This document shows positions 17,856 through 27,167 of a stretch of DNA of 64,000 nt, in pieces. Position 1 is the first letter of the stretch. Each line of letters opens with the position of its first letter. The position numbers were made by a program, and so were the translations under genes. The stretch lies in NCBI GenBank assembly GCA_001769035.1, contig MENF01000150.1:10848-74847 (forward strand), read 5' to 3'. The notes under the pieces are model-generated. The model was not told the DNA's origin. It saw only the letters and a list, made by a program, of their open reading frames with translations, and did not search any database. The DNA comes from Bacteroidetes bacterium GWA2_32_17. Lineage in GTDB: Bacteria; Bacteroidota; Bacteroidia; Bacteroidales; GWA2-32-17.

Positions 17856-19079
17856 ATGAAAATATTACATACTTCTGATTGGCATTTAGGAAAATATCTT
17901 GATACATTTTCAAGGCACAATGAACAAATTGAAGTATTACAAGAAATATGCGAGATAACTAATACTGAAAATTCGGACGCAGTAATTATAGCTGGCGATT
18001 TGTTCGATACCTATAACCCTCCTACTGAATCAATAGAATTGTTTTACAAAATTTTAAAAAAAATATCAAATAACGGCAAACGTGCAATAATTGCAATTGC
18101 AGGAAATCACGATTCGCCCGACCGTATCGAAACACCCGACCCACTTGCGCGTGAATGTGGAATAATTTTTATTGGTTATCCTAACACAAAAGTTACTGAA
18201 TTTGAGTTAGAATCGGGATTAAAAGTAATAAAATCGGAAGATGGATTTATTGAAGTAAAATTACCAAACATTACAGAACCATTACGAATTATTCATACTT
18301 CTTATGCAAACGAATTTCGACTAAAAACATATCTTGGAAATCAGGACAAAGAAGAACAATTACGTGATTTATTGGAAAACAAATGGAAACAAATTGCAAA
18401 TATTTATTGTAATAATAAAGGTGTAAATATTTTACTTAGTCATTTGTTTTTTATTAAAGAAAATGGAATAAAACCTGAAGAACCTGAAAACGAAAAACCA
18501 ATTTTGCACGTTGGCGGTGCTCAGGAAATATTTTCAAGCAATATTCCAGAACAAATGCAATATGTGGCTTTAGGGCATTTACACAGAAAACAAATTGTTG
18601 ACAACGAACCTTGTCCAATAATTTATTCGGGAAGTCCATTGTCATACTCATTTGCCGAAACCGAACAAAAAAAATATGTTATTTCTGTTCAAATAAATTG
18701 CGGACAAAAAGCGATTGTTAAAGAAATTGAATTAACAAAGGGTAAAAAACTTTTAAGGCATAAAGCCGAAAGTATTGCAAATGCAATTGAATGGTTAAAA
18801 AATAATAAGGAATGTTTAGTTGAATTAACTATTGTTTCTGATACATATTTATCGGCAAAAGACAGAAAACAACTTGTAAATACACACAATGGAATTATAA
18901 ATATAATTCCTGAAATAAAAAATAAGGAAATTTTAAATTACAATAATGCACAAATAGATATTTCAAAAAATATTGACGAACTTTTTAAAGAATATTTTAT
19001 TCACGAAAAAGGTCAGGAACCTAACGAAAATATAATGAATCTATTAAAAGAAGTTTTATCGGAGGAGGCAGGCGAATGA
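17856..19079 (+). CDS. sbcD: Exonuclease SbcD (Mre11-type nuclease subunit)
   Basis: MKILHTSDWHLGK, IIAGDLFD, AGNHDS and GHLH phosphoesterase motifs. 4-nt overlap with sbcC. Confidence 0.9.
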   Translation: MKILHTSDWHLGKYLDTFSRHNEQIEVLQEICEITNTENSDAVIIAGDLFDTYNPPTESIELFYKILKKISNNGKRAIIAIAGNHDSPDRIETPDPLARECGIIFIGYPNTKVTEFELESGLKVIKSEDGFIEVKLPNITEPLRIIHTSYANEFRLKTYLGNQDKEEQLRDLLENKWKQIANIYCNNKGVNILLSHLFFIKENGIKPEEPENEKPILHVGGAQEIFSSNIPEQMQYVALGHLHRKQIVDNEPCPIIYSGSPLSYSFAETEQKKYVISVQINCGQKAIVKEIELTKGKKLLRHKAESIANAIEWLKNNKECLVELTIVSDTYLSAKDRKQLVNTHNGIINIIPEIKNKEILNYNNAQIDISKNIDELFKEYFIHEKGQEPNENIMNLLKEVLSEEAGE

Positions 19080-22000
19080 TTCCTGTTTCACTAACAATTG
19101 AAGGGTTATATTCCTATCAAAAAAAGCAAACAGTTGATTTTACAAAATTAACACGTGCAGGATTGTTTGGAATATTTGGTCAGGTTGGTAGCGGTAAATC
19201 CTCTATCCTTGAGGCAATTACATTTGCTTTATATGGCGAAACTGACAGATTAGATTCGAGAGATAATCGTAAATACAATATGATGAATCTGAAATCAAAC
19301 GAAATGTTTATCGAATTTGTTTTCGTTACAGGTATTAATAACAACATGTACATGGCAACCGCAAAAAGTCGCCGTAACAGTAAAAATTTTGATGATGTAA
19401 AAACAATTGAACGCTTAGCATATAAATTTGAGAATAATGATTGGATACCAATTGAGTTAAATATTCTGGAAAATGTTATCGGATTAAGTTACGAAAATTT
19501 TAAACGTACTATAATTATACCACAAGGCAAATTTCAGGAATTTATTCAGTTAGGAAATAAAGACCGGACCCAGATGCTTAAAGAGCTTTTTAATCTCGGT
19601 AAATTTGAATTATACTATAAAGTTGCTGCTCTCGAAACAAAAAACAATGAAAAAACTCAAAACATAGATGGACAGTTGAAGCAGTTAGGCGAGATTAATC
19701 CCGAACAAATTGAAATACTTTCGAAGCATCATAGTTTAGCTAAAACTCAAATTGATAATTTAACACAAGAGTTAGAGTTAAAACAAAGTGAAGAAAGTAA
19801 TTATAATCAATTAAAAATACTTTTCGATAAAAAGGGAGAGTCAGAAAAAACAAAAGCAGAAAAATTATTAAACAAAAATAATATAGAGAAGCTCGAAAAC
19901 AATATAAAACAATATGAATATTGCACATTATATTTTAAAAATATTTTTGAAAAAAAAGAAGAATCAATAAAAGCAGTTAACAAATTGCAGACATTATTGG
20001 ATTCAGACGAAAAAATATATAAATCAACTTTAAAAACCTTATCAGATTTAACTGCTAAATTTGAGAAAATAAAAGTTGAATTTGACAACAAAGAAATAAC
20101 ACTAAAGGAAATAGAAGAATTAAATAAAGTATGCAAAATTATTAAGCTCGAAATGGATTGCTCAGAAATTTCGGTTCGAGTAAAAAAAGGCGAAAAAATA
20201 AGCATCGAAAATTTAAAGAAAATAGAAAAACTTAAAGAAGAACAAGAAGAACTTAAAGAACAATTAAAAACGAAAAAATTGAAAATACCCGATATCGCAG
20301 AGCTTTCTAAAATAAAAGAATGGCACACACAAAACAATAATTTATTAAGCACATTGTCAGAAATTGAAAAGGAAATTTCATTACTAGAAAATGAAATACT
20401 ACAAATTCTATCAGAATTAAAAAACATTTTAAAGTCAAATGAAAATTATAAAGTAGAAGATATAAGAGATTATTTAATAAAAGAAATTGAAGTAAATAAA
20501 AAGAAATTAGAATCTATAAACGATAAAATATATTCCTTAAATGTTCAAGTAGAATTAGAACAATGGGCAGATGAGTTATGTGATGGGGAACCATGTCCAT
20601 TGTGTGGTTCGGAATATCACCCAAAAATACTTAATATTAAAAATGTCTCAAAAAAATTAGAAAATGCTCAGGAAAATAAAAAACTTTTTGAAAATAAAAT
20701 AAATGAAATTGAAAATATTTTAAATAGTACAAATTTAATTTTTCAAAAATTTCAATTAAAATATGAACAAAAGGAAAAACTTTTGAAAAAGAAGTCTGAA
20801 ATAAATAGCGAAATAGAAAAACAAAAAAAATTATATAATTGGGAAATACATAAAACCTATCAGGAAGTTGAAACCCAATTTGAATTAGCCGAAAAACTTA
20901 CAGTTGAAATTGAAAAAATAGAAGTAATTATTGAAAAAAACTCAAAAGAAATAGAAAAAGAAATAAAAAATCAGGAAAAATATAAGGAAACTTTTGATAA
21001 GTTAAATCAGACATTAACAAATAACAAAAGTATTATAGAATTGCTGAAAACACAAATTGAGATTTTAGATGTTACAGATTATTTACATTCTGATATTGAA
21101 CAAATACAAACAAAAATAAACAGTAAACAAACTATTGTAAAAGAAACTACTGATACATATAATAAACTCAATAAACAAATTGCAGAATTACAAAATACCT
21201 GCAGTATATTAAAAGGTATAATAAATGCAAATACATTAAGTCTCAATAATGAAAAAGATAAATTGGAACAAGCAAATAACAAAGTAAACGATAAACTTAA
21301 AAATTCGCAATATAATATTGATGAAATAAAAAATATTTTATTGAACGAAATTGATATTGAAAAAGAAAAATTAAATGTAAATAATTTTAAACTGGCAGTT
21401 TTAGAAATTGAAAATCGGTTAAAATCTATAATAACCGAAATAAATAACAGGGATTATATTGCAGAATCTCATAATTTATTAAAAAATGAAATACCTAAAA
21501 TAAAAAATAACATTCAGCAATTAAATCAGGAATTTGGAAAAATTAACAACGAAATCAATAAATTAAATGAAGATGTACAAAAAATAAAATTATTGCAAAA
21601 AGAAAGGAAATTGTTAAACGAACGATACGAAGATATAAAAACTTTAAAAAACTTATTTAAAGGAAGTGGGTTTGTGAACTTTGTTAGTACGGTATATCTT
21701 CAAAATTTATGTAATAATGCAAACGAACGTTTTTATAAGCTGACACAACAAAAATTGAGCATTGAAATTAACGAAGAAAACAGTTTTCAGGTTCGCGATT
21801 TTATGAATGATGGTAAAGTACGAAATATTAAAACATTATCGGGCGGTCAAACTTTTCAGGCAGCACTTTCGCTTGCATTAGCATTAGCCGATAATGTTCA
21901 AAAAATAATTTCTTCAAATCATAGTTTCTTTTTCCTCGACGAAGGTTTTGGCACTTTAGATAAAGATTCAATGTATATTGTTTTTGATACATTAAAATCG

Positions 22001-22129
22001 CTTCAAAAAGAAAATCGAATTGTTGGTGTTATTTCGCATGTTGAAGACATGAAAGAAGAAATCGAATCAAATTTACAAATAATTAATAATGAGGAATTGG
22101 GAAGCATAATTAAACCAAGTTGGGAATAA
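19076..22129 (+). CDS. sbcC: Exonuclease SbcC (Rad50-type ATPase subunit)
   Basis: Walker A GQVGSGKSS, a long coiled coil, zinc hook CPLCGSEYHP, signature LSGGQTFQAALSLALALA, Walker B FFFLDEGFGTLD and ISHV. Confidence 0.9.
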   Translation: MIPVSLTIEGLYSYQKKQTVDFTKLTRAGLFGIFGQVGSGKSSILEAITFALYGETDRLDSRDNRKYNMMNLKSNEMFIEFVFVTGINNNMYMATAKSRRNSKNFDDVKTIERLAYKFENNDWIPIELNILENVIGLSYENFKRTIIIPQGKFQEFIQLGNKDRTQMLKELFNLGKFELYYKVAALETKNNEKTQNIDGQLKQLGEINPEQIEILSKHHSLAKTQIDNLTQELELKQSEESNYNQLKILFDKKGESEKTKAEKLLNKNNIEKLENNIKQYEYCTLYFKNIFEKKEESIKAVNKLQTLLDSDEKIYKSTLKTLSDLTAKFEKIKVEFDNKEITLKEIEELNKVCKIIKLEMDCSEISVRVKKGEKISIENLKKIEKLKEEQEELKEQLKTKKLKIPDIAELSKIKEWHTQNNNLLSTLSEIEKEISLLENEILQILSELKNILKSNENYKVEDIRDYLIKEIEVNKKKLESINDKIYSLNVQVELEQWADELCDGEPCPLCGSEYHPKILNIKNVSKKLENAQENKKLFENKINEIENILNSTNLIFQKFQLKYEQKEKLLKKKSEINSEIEKQKKLYNWEIHKTYQEVETQFELAEKLTVEIEKIEVIIEKNSKEIEKEIKNQEKYKETFDKLNQTLTNNKSIIELLKTQIEILDVTDYLHSDIEQIQTKINSKQTIVKETTDTYNKLNKQIAELQNTCSILKGIINANTLSLNNEKDKLEQANNKVNDKLKNSQYNIDEIKNILLNEIDIEKEKLNVNNFKLAVLEIENRLKSIITEINNRDYIAESHNLLKNEIPKIKNNIQQLNQEFGKINNEINKLNEDVQKIKLLQKERKLLNERYEDIKTLKNLFKGSGFVNFVSTVYLQNLCNNANERFYKLTQQKLSIEINEENSFQVRDFMNDGKVRNIKTLSGGQTFQAALSLALALADNVQKIISSNHSFFFLDEGFGTLDKDSMYIVFDTLKSLQKENRIVGVISHVEDMKEEIESNLQIINNEELGSIIKPSWE

Positions 22130-22188
22130 TTTAATAATATTGTTTTATAAAAATATTTTAATAACTAACAACAAGCTACACATTATTA

Positions 22189-23040
22189 TTAAAACCCATA
22201 TTCCTTATTAGTTTCACTAAAATCGTTTTCAGAAAATACGGGATTAATTTGAACTTCGCTAAACTGATATTGCTCAAACAATCCTTTATCATCATATATC
22301 TCCATATATACAGGTAAATATGTTATTTTATTAATTACCAGAATTAATTTTTTTGAATAATCTGATGGAATGTTTAAAATTGTACCAATTGTTATTTTAT
22401 CGGTATATTCTTTAAATGCTGGATTTCTTTCTATAATATGGTAGTCGCAAATATTTAATTTGCTTGCAAGTGAATTTACTGTATAATTTCCCTGAGCTTT
22501 ATATTTTATAATTTGAAACGATGGGTTGTTTAATTCAATTTTATAACATTGTATGTTGTTATAGTTTATTTCACCTTTATAAGTTATAAGTTTTGATAAG
22601 TCATCTTTATTTTTTTCAAAAAGATCGCTTAATATTTTTATAAAGTAATCGAAACCTGCATCGTAAATGCTATGGTGCTGACCATCCCGTAACGATTTAC
22701 TCATTGGGTCTAATACTACATTTATCCATGGAAAACTATTCGGATTAACAAGTGATTTCTTGCTGTATTTCTCATTTATCAGCACTTCTGCACCATAATT
22801 AGGTTTAAGTTGTTTATAATAAATTCTTATAGGTGTACTTTGTTTTTTGAAATATGCTTCAATAAGTTTATATTCTGAACCAAATCTTTCTTTTGATAAT
22901 ATTTTAAAAGTAACAGAGTTTACTTTTTTTGCATCCTCAAACATTTTATTCGAAATGTCAATTGCATTTTGAGAAAAACTCACAGAAATATAAAAAACTA
23001 CAAATAACAGAACAGATACTATTTTTTTAATTACTTGCAT
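22189..23040 (-). CDS. Secreted hypothetical protein with a LysM-like segment
   Basis: Signal peptide VLLFVVFYISVSFSQN. YTVNSLASKLNICDYHIIERNPAFKEYTDKITIGTILNIP resembles LysM. Overlaps the upstream gene by 10 nt. Confidence 0.4.
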   Translation of the reverse strand: MQVIKKIVSVLLFVVFYISVSFSQNAIDISNKMFEDAKKVNSVTFKILSKERFGSEYKLIEAYFKKQSTPIRIYYKQLKPNYGAEVLINEKYSKKSLVNPNSFPWINVVLDPMSKSLRDGQHHSIYDAGFDYFIKILSDLFEKNKDDLSKLITYKGEINYNNIQCYKIELNNPSFQIIKYKAQGNYTVNSLASKLNICDYHIIERNPAFKEYTDKITIGTILNIPSDYSKKLILVINKITYLPVYMEIYDDKGLFEQYQFSEVQINPVFSENDFSETNKEYGF

Positions 23041-23690
23041 TTTTCAATCATCTCTTTAAATTCTTTATTTGATATAAATTTTCTAAAAGCAATAGAATTA
23101 TGTTTAAAATTTTCAGCAACTGATTCATTCCAAAAAATTATTGTTGCCAAACCATTTGTTCCAAATTTAAAATAAATAAGTTTAGATAGATTAAAACATC
23201 TGTTTTTCTGTAAAATACTATTTTCAAAAAATTTTAATTTTATTAATGTGTCCGATGTTATATCAATGTAATTTATTAGAGTTTTAATTGTAGGCTTCGA
23301 AAAATTAATTTCATTAATATCTGGATTGTCTTCGACGTATTTAACTGTATATTCGTCATCTACAAGCAATGCTATATCATTTGGTAAAAGCACATAATTA
23401 TCGTTAGTTTCTGCAATTGTAAAGCCTGTTATAACAGAATCAGAATATTTAAAATTAAAAGCCACATTATCTATTTCAAATTGGTCGTGAACACCTGTCA
23501 AACTAACAAAAGTGATTTTTGCGGTGGTTTCTTTTCCATAATTAGAAAGCATGTAATTTCTGTACCATTCGTTGCCTTTAAACAATAATACAATTATAAA
23601 GATTGGACTTAAAAATAAAAGTTTATGCCATAATTTTAATTCAACCTTTTTTTTAATAGAAAGCTTATTATTAAATTTTTGCTGGGGCAT
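23031..23690 (-). CDS. Hypothetical membrane-anchored protein
   Basis: A single N-terminal TM (LLFLSPIFIIVLLF) followed by a beta-rich domain. No family assigned. Confidence 0.4.
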   Translation of the reverse strand: MPQQKFNNKLSIKKKVELKLWHKLLFLSPIFIIVLLFKGNEWYRNYMLSNYGKETTAKITFVSLTGVHDQFEIDNVAFNFKYSDSVITGFTIAETNDNYVLLPNDIALLVDDEYTVKYVEDNPDINEINFSKPTIKTLINYIDITSDTLIKLKFFENSILQKNRCFNLSKLIYFKFGTNGLATIIFWNESVAENFKHNSIAFRKFISNKEFKEMIEKCK

Positions 23691-24083
23691 TTATTTTTAA
23701 TTATTCTTTTCAGTTTAAATTATTATATTTCATCTACGAGGAAATAACATTTATAACAATTAGTTGTGTTACAACGACATATCGCTTGTGGCGATATGCT
23801 TGTTGAGCATTCATTATTGTATAAAAAAGTCATAAATTTTTAAAATCCTCGTAATTGTTACATAAATACTGCTATACTTTGAACGGGTTAAATTATTACA
23901 TTTGAGTTTAAGGTATAAAGGTGTAGGGTATAACCCACTCTTCCTTATACCTCTATGCCATTTTGTCCCGCTTGTGCGGGATGAAATGTTAAAATTTGTC
24001 CCGTTTTCAGTATATTTAGTGTCTGTCTATAATGTCATACAATTTGATTTTCAAAATGATTGATATTACAGACAGATTCTATT

Positions 24084-24213
24084 TAGTGTTTGTCCATAAT
24101 GTCCGATTTCTACGTTATTCTCATTTTTAAAATCAGTCATTTACTACAGTAAACTCCTGATATTTAAAAATTTCGAATGCCTTGAACTCGAACATTATGA
24201 ATCAGACACTGAC
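24084..24213. mobile_element. MITE-like palindromic element, copy 1
   Basis: About 130 bp. It aligns over its whole length with the reverse complement of 38191-38318. The terminal arms tagtgtttgtccataatgtccga... and ...gaacattatgaatcagacactgac are imperfect inverted repeats. Confidence 0.75.
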
Positions 24214-24275
24214 TTTACAGACAGACACTATTTAGTAGTATTAATAAATTTTTACTGGGAAACAGTGATTTTAAA

Positions 24276-24782
24276 TTAAAAAACTTTTCGAATATTATGT
24301 GATTTTACAATTTCCTTATTATAAAACAAACTAAGGTCGGTGCAGATTGTCATTATACAAATTAACTTGCCGCTATCATTAAATACAGGCGAAGCCGAAA
24401 GTTGCACATGTATTTCATCATTATTTCGTTTTATTAAAATACTGTTATATAACCCTGCAATTCCTTTTTTTCTTAAATAAGTGTTCATCTGGTAATTAGA
24501 AAACTCGACCCGGTTTGTAAACTGTCTTAAATTTTTTGAAATAATTTCTTCGGGTTTATAATCAAGAAGTTTACAAAAAGCAGGATTTGCATAAAGAACT
24601 TTTTCGCTGTCGTCGGTTAAGGTAATGGGACTGAGGCTATTACTGGCAAATCGGGTATAAACTTCAAATATTGCTCTTTTTTCGTAACTAGGCAACGAAA
24701 CATAAAATCGTAATTTTTCTATTTCGTTTTTTAATTTTTTATTTTCTGTTTCAAGTTCTTTGATGTTGAGTAATTTGTTCAT
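24276..24782 (-). CDS. Small PAS-domain protein with N-terminal coiled coil
   Basis: LKNEIEKLRF coiled coil, then PITLTDDSEKVLYANPAFCKLLDYKPEEIISKNLRQF...VQLSASPVFNDSGKLICIMTICTDLS, a typical PAS fold. It starts 68 nt downstream of the WD40 gene on the same strand. Confidence 0.7.
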   Translation of the reverse strand: MNKLLNIKELETENKKLKNEIEKLRFYVSLPSYEKRAIFEVYTRFASNSLSPITLTDDSEKVLYANPAFCKLLDYKPEEIISKNLRQFTNRVEFSNYQMNTYLRKKGIAGLYNSILIKRNNDEIHVQLSASPVFNDSGKLICIMTICTDLSLFYNKEIVKSHNIRKVF

Positions 24783-24850
24783 AAAATTGAAAAAATAAAT
24801 TCGTATCTTTTTACGATAATAAGTGAAAATAGTTTATAAAAATTAAAAAA

Positions 24851-26902
24851 TTAATTAATTGAATTGTGCAAATAAAATGGGAAATACCTTCCTTTATATT
24901 GATAATCAACATTATACAATTTTTTTAAAAATATATTAATTTCTTCAAAATCTATTACATTATTATTATCAATATCGTTTAATGGATGCAAACTATTTGT
25001 TAAAATATCGAATATTTGTAAACTCTCCGAAGAATTTATTAAATATTTAACATATTCTTTTTTCCCTGATAAGCTTTTTTCTACAATTTTATTTATATCA
25101 TTATTATTGGCTTGTAAAAAATTTTTTGGAATATTTTGACAAACATGTGACTCGTCAATAATTATTCCTCCAAATGCCGGAGTTTTACTAATAGAGTTAC
25201 ATAATTTTTCTAAACTTATTATTTCTGTTTCAAAGTTTTTTGCATTTGCATTTGGCATAACAAAATATACACTATTTGTGTTATCTTTTACAAAAAAACC
25301 TGAAATAAGGAGCATATACACATCTTGTTTTGAGCAAGTTGAGGCAACGGAGTCGGCAATATTTATTAAATTATCTTCACTAAAATTTGGAGTAACAATG
25401 TTTACAGAATTGTATAATTTACCTTCCTGAGTTTTAATAATTCCTTTAAATTTACTTATATTAGCATATTCAAACTTTGAATTTATTTTTTTATCATAAT
25501 ATTTTTCGGGACTTATTATTAATACTTTAAGCTGTGTTGATTTTAATTGCTCACTTATATCAATATACTTAACGAACAATGGTTTAGAAAACACATAGCT
25601 TGTGTGGTCTAAACTTTCGGCAAAAAGCTGAATTTCATTTTCATTAATATCTAAATAAACATCATAAGTAACTTCTGTAACATTATTTTGAGTAACCTTA
25701 ACCGACATTGGTTTAACAACTTCAATATTGTTCTTTACTAATTTCTTATATTCGGCTTTATTTAAAAAAAATTGAATACTTTTAAAAAGTGGATTATTAA
25801 TTTGAGCTGTAACATTAATATGTCGTGTAAATGAAATTGTAGGATTATTCTCGGGGGATTCCCAAGAAATAATTCTTTCACTTTGTAATTTATTAGTGTT
25901 AGTTGGAATATTAACAATAGGCACAATACTTAAAAACGAGGCATCCCAAACTCTCATTTCTTTGTCAATTGCACCACTAACGATAAATTTACCATCAGGC
26001 GAAAAATTTACAGTTCTTATTCCTAATTTATGACCTTTTAAATCGAAAATAGAAATTCCAAGTTCAATTTTCCAGATTTTTACAATTTTATCGTCGCCAC
26101 CACTAACTAAATATTTTCCATCGGGACTGAATGAAATTGAATAAACAGCTTCGGTATGTCCTTTTAATACTTTAATTAAATTACCATTTTCGGCATTCCA
26201 TATTTTAATCGAATTTTCTAAACCTGCTGTTGCAATATATTTTCCATCAGGGCTATAACTTATTGCTTCAACTGGGAAGTCAGCAACTTTTTTAGAGAAG
26301 ACAAGTCCACCATCAGATATATTCCAAACTTTTAATTCTAAATCGTAACCACTACTGGCAATGCGATTCCCATTAGGACTAAACTTAATAGACCTTATAC
26401 ATTGAGTATGACCTTTAAAATTTCTAAGATTTACACCGGTGGGTGCATACCAAATTTTTATAACATCGTCCCACCCTGCACTTGCAATAAACTGACCGTC
26501 ATTATTATAACTTACACTTCTTGCTGCCTGCAAATGACCATACATTTTCCTTATAAGTATTCCTTTATCAACATCCCAAATTTTTAGATTTTTATCCCAG
26601 CATCCGCTAATTATATTTTTCCCGTCGGGACTGTAATTAATACAAATCTCGCCTTCACCTTTATCATCTATAACTTTTGTCAACTCACCTGTTTGGGTAT
26701 CGTAAATTTTTATAGTTTTATCGGCAGTAAGGCAAGCAATGTTTTTAGAATCAGGCGAAAATACTGTTGATATTATTGCTTTTTCCTGATTTTTTATAAA
26801 TTTTAATGTGATTTGAGTATATGAAAATAACGGACTGCATATCAATATAATACAAAACATTAACATTAGGTCTAATATGATTTTAACTTTAAACATTAAC
26901 AA
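24851..26902 (-). CDS. WD40-repeat protein with Ig-like, degenerate caspase-like (C14) and EF-hand-like segments
   Basis: Hydrophobic leader and seven WD40 units (SPDG..I.SG..D..IKIW pattern, aa ~40-320). A beta-rich segment spans aa ~345-445. aa ~457-590 follow the caspase layout (LKVLIISPEKY..., DVYMLLISGFFV, IIIDESHV). The loop DIDNNNVIDFEE matches an EF-hand. Confidence 0.7.
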   Translation of the reverse strand: MLMFKVKIILDLMLMFCIILICSPLFSYTQITLKFIKNQEKAIISTVFSPDSKNIACLTADKTIKIYDTQTGELTKVIDDKGEGEICINYSPDGKNIISGCWDKNLKIWDVDKGILIRKMYGHLQAARSVSYNNDGQFIASAGWDDVIKIWYAPTGVNLRNFKGHTQCIRSIKFSPNGNRIASSGYDLELKVWNISDGGLVFSKKVADFPVEAISYSPDGKYIATAGLENSIKIWNAENGNLIKVLKGHTEAVYSISFSPDGKYLVSGGDDKIVKIWKIELGISIFDLKGHKLGIRTVNFSPDGKFIVSGAIDKEMRVWDASFLSIVPIVNIPTNTNKLQSERIISWESPENNPTISFTRHINVTAQINNPLFKSIQFFLNKAEYKKLVKNNIEVVKPMSVKVTQNNVTEVTYDVYLDINENEIQLFAESLDHTSYVFSKPLFVKYIDISEQLKSTQLKVLIISPEKYYDKKINSKFEYANISKFKGIIKTQEGKLYNSVNIVTPNFSEDNLINIADSVASTCSKQDVYMLLISGFFVKDNTNSVYFVMPNANAKNFETEIISLEKLCNSISKTPAFGGIIIDESHVCQNIPKNFLQANNNDINKIVEKSLSGKKEYVKYLINSSESLQIFDILTNSLHPLNDIDNNNVIDFEEINIFLKKLYNVDYQYKGRYFPFYLHNSIN

Positions 26903-27167
26903 ATATTAATTCAAAAATTTTGGTAAAGATAATTGTTTATAGTTTTTTTATACGCATTAAATTCGTTTTAGGTAGCTATTTTCCATTAAAGTTGTTGTTA
27001 GTTATTTAAAGTCTATTGTTAATCGTTTATAAATTTTTTATTTACTATAAAAATTAAAAAACTAATAGCGTATTTTTATTTTTAATAACTTTAGAAATAT
27101 GTGTTCAATTTTATTCTTTAATAAATTTCAATTTTATATTTTTGTTGAAAATTAAACAAACATATCA

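Noticed and set aside
19807-20427. Long antisense ORFs in the track (such as 19807-20427, 44453-45025, 58404-58889, 46566-46868 and 4121-4363) as possible overlapping genes
   Set aside because: Each lies wholly inside a well-supported gene on the other strand (sbcC, coaBC, metH, recN, SpoIIE paralogue). Their low-complexity S/F/I-rich composition is what is expected from the complement of K/E-rich or AT-rich coding DNA. None has start-site context or motifs.
17115-22129. The epsilon-like exonuclease plus SbcD/SbcC as part of the defence island, or as a Lamassu/Wadjet-like SMC defence system
   Set aside because: SbcD and SbcC have the full canonical motif set (phosphoesterase motifs, Walker A/B, CxxC zinc hook), standard sizes and the usual 4-nt overlap. 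Their composition matches the host. Adjacency to the island is noted, but I treat them as housekeeping genes.
23691-24275. The 585-nt gene-free region as a large ncRNA (RNase P, tmRNA, SRP, 6S)
   Set aside because: It decomposes into several short palindromic units and two MITE-like copies. None of the conserved cores that I know for these RNAs (for example GAGGAAAGUCC for RNase P) is present.
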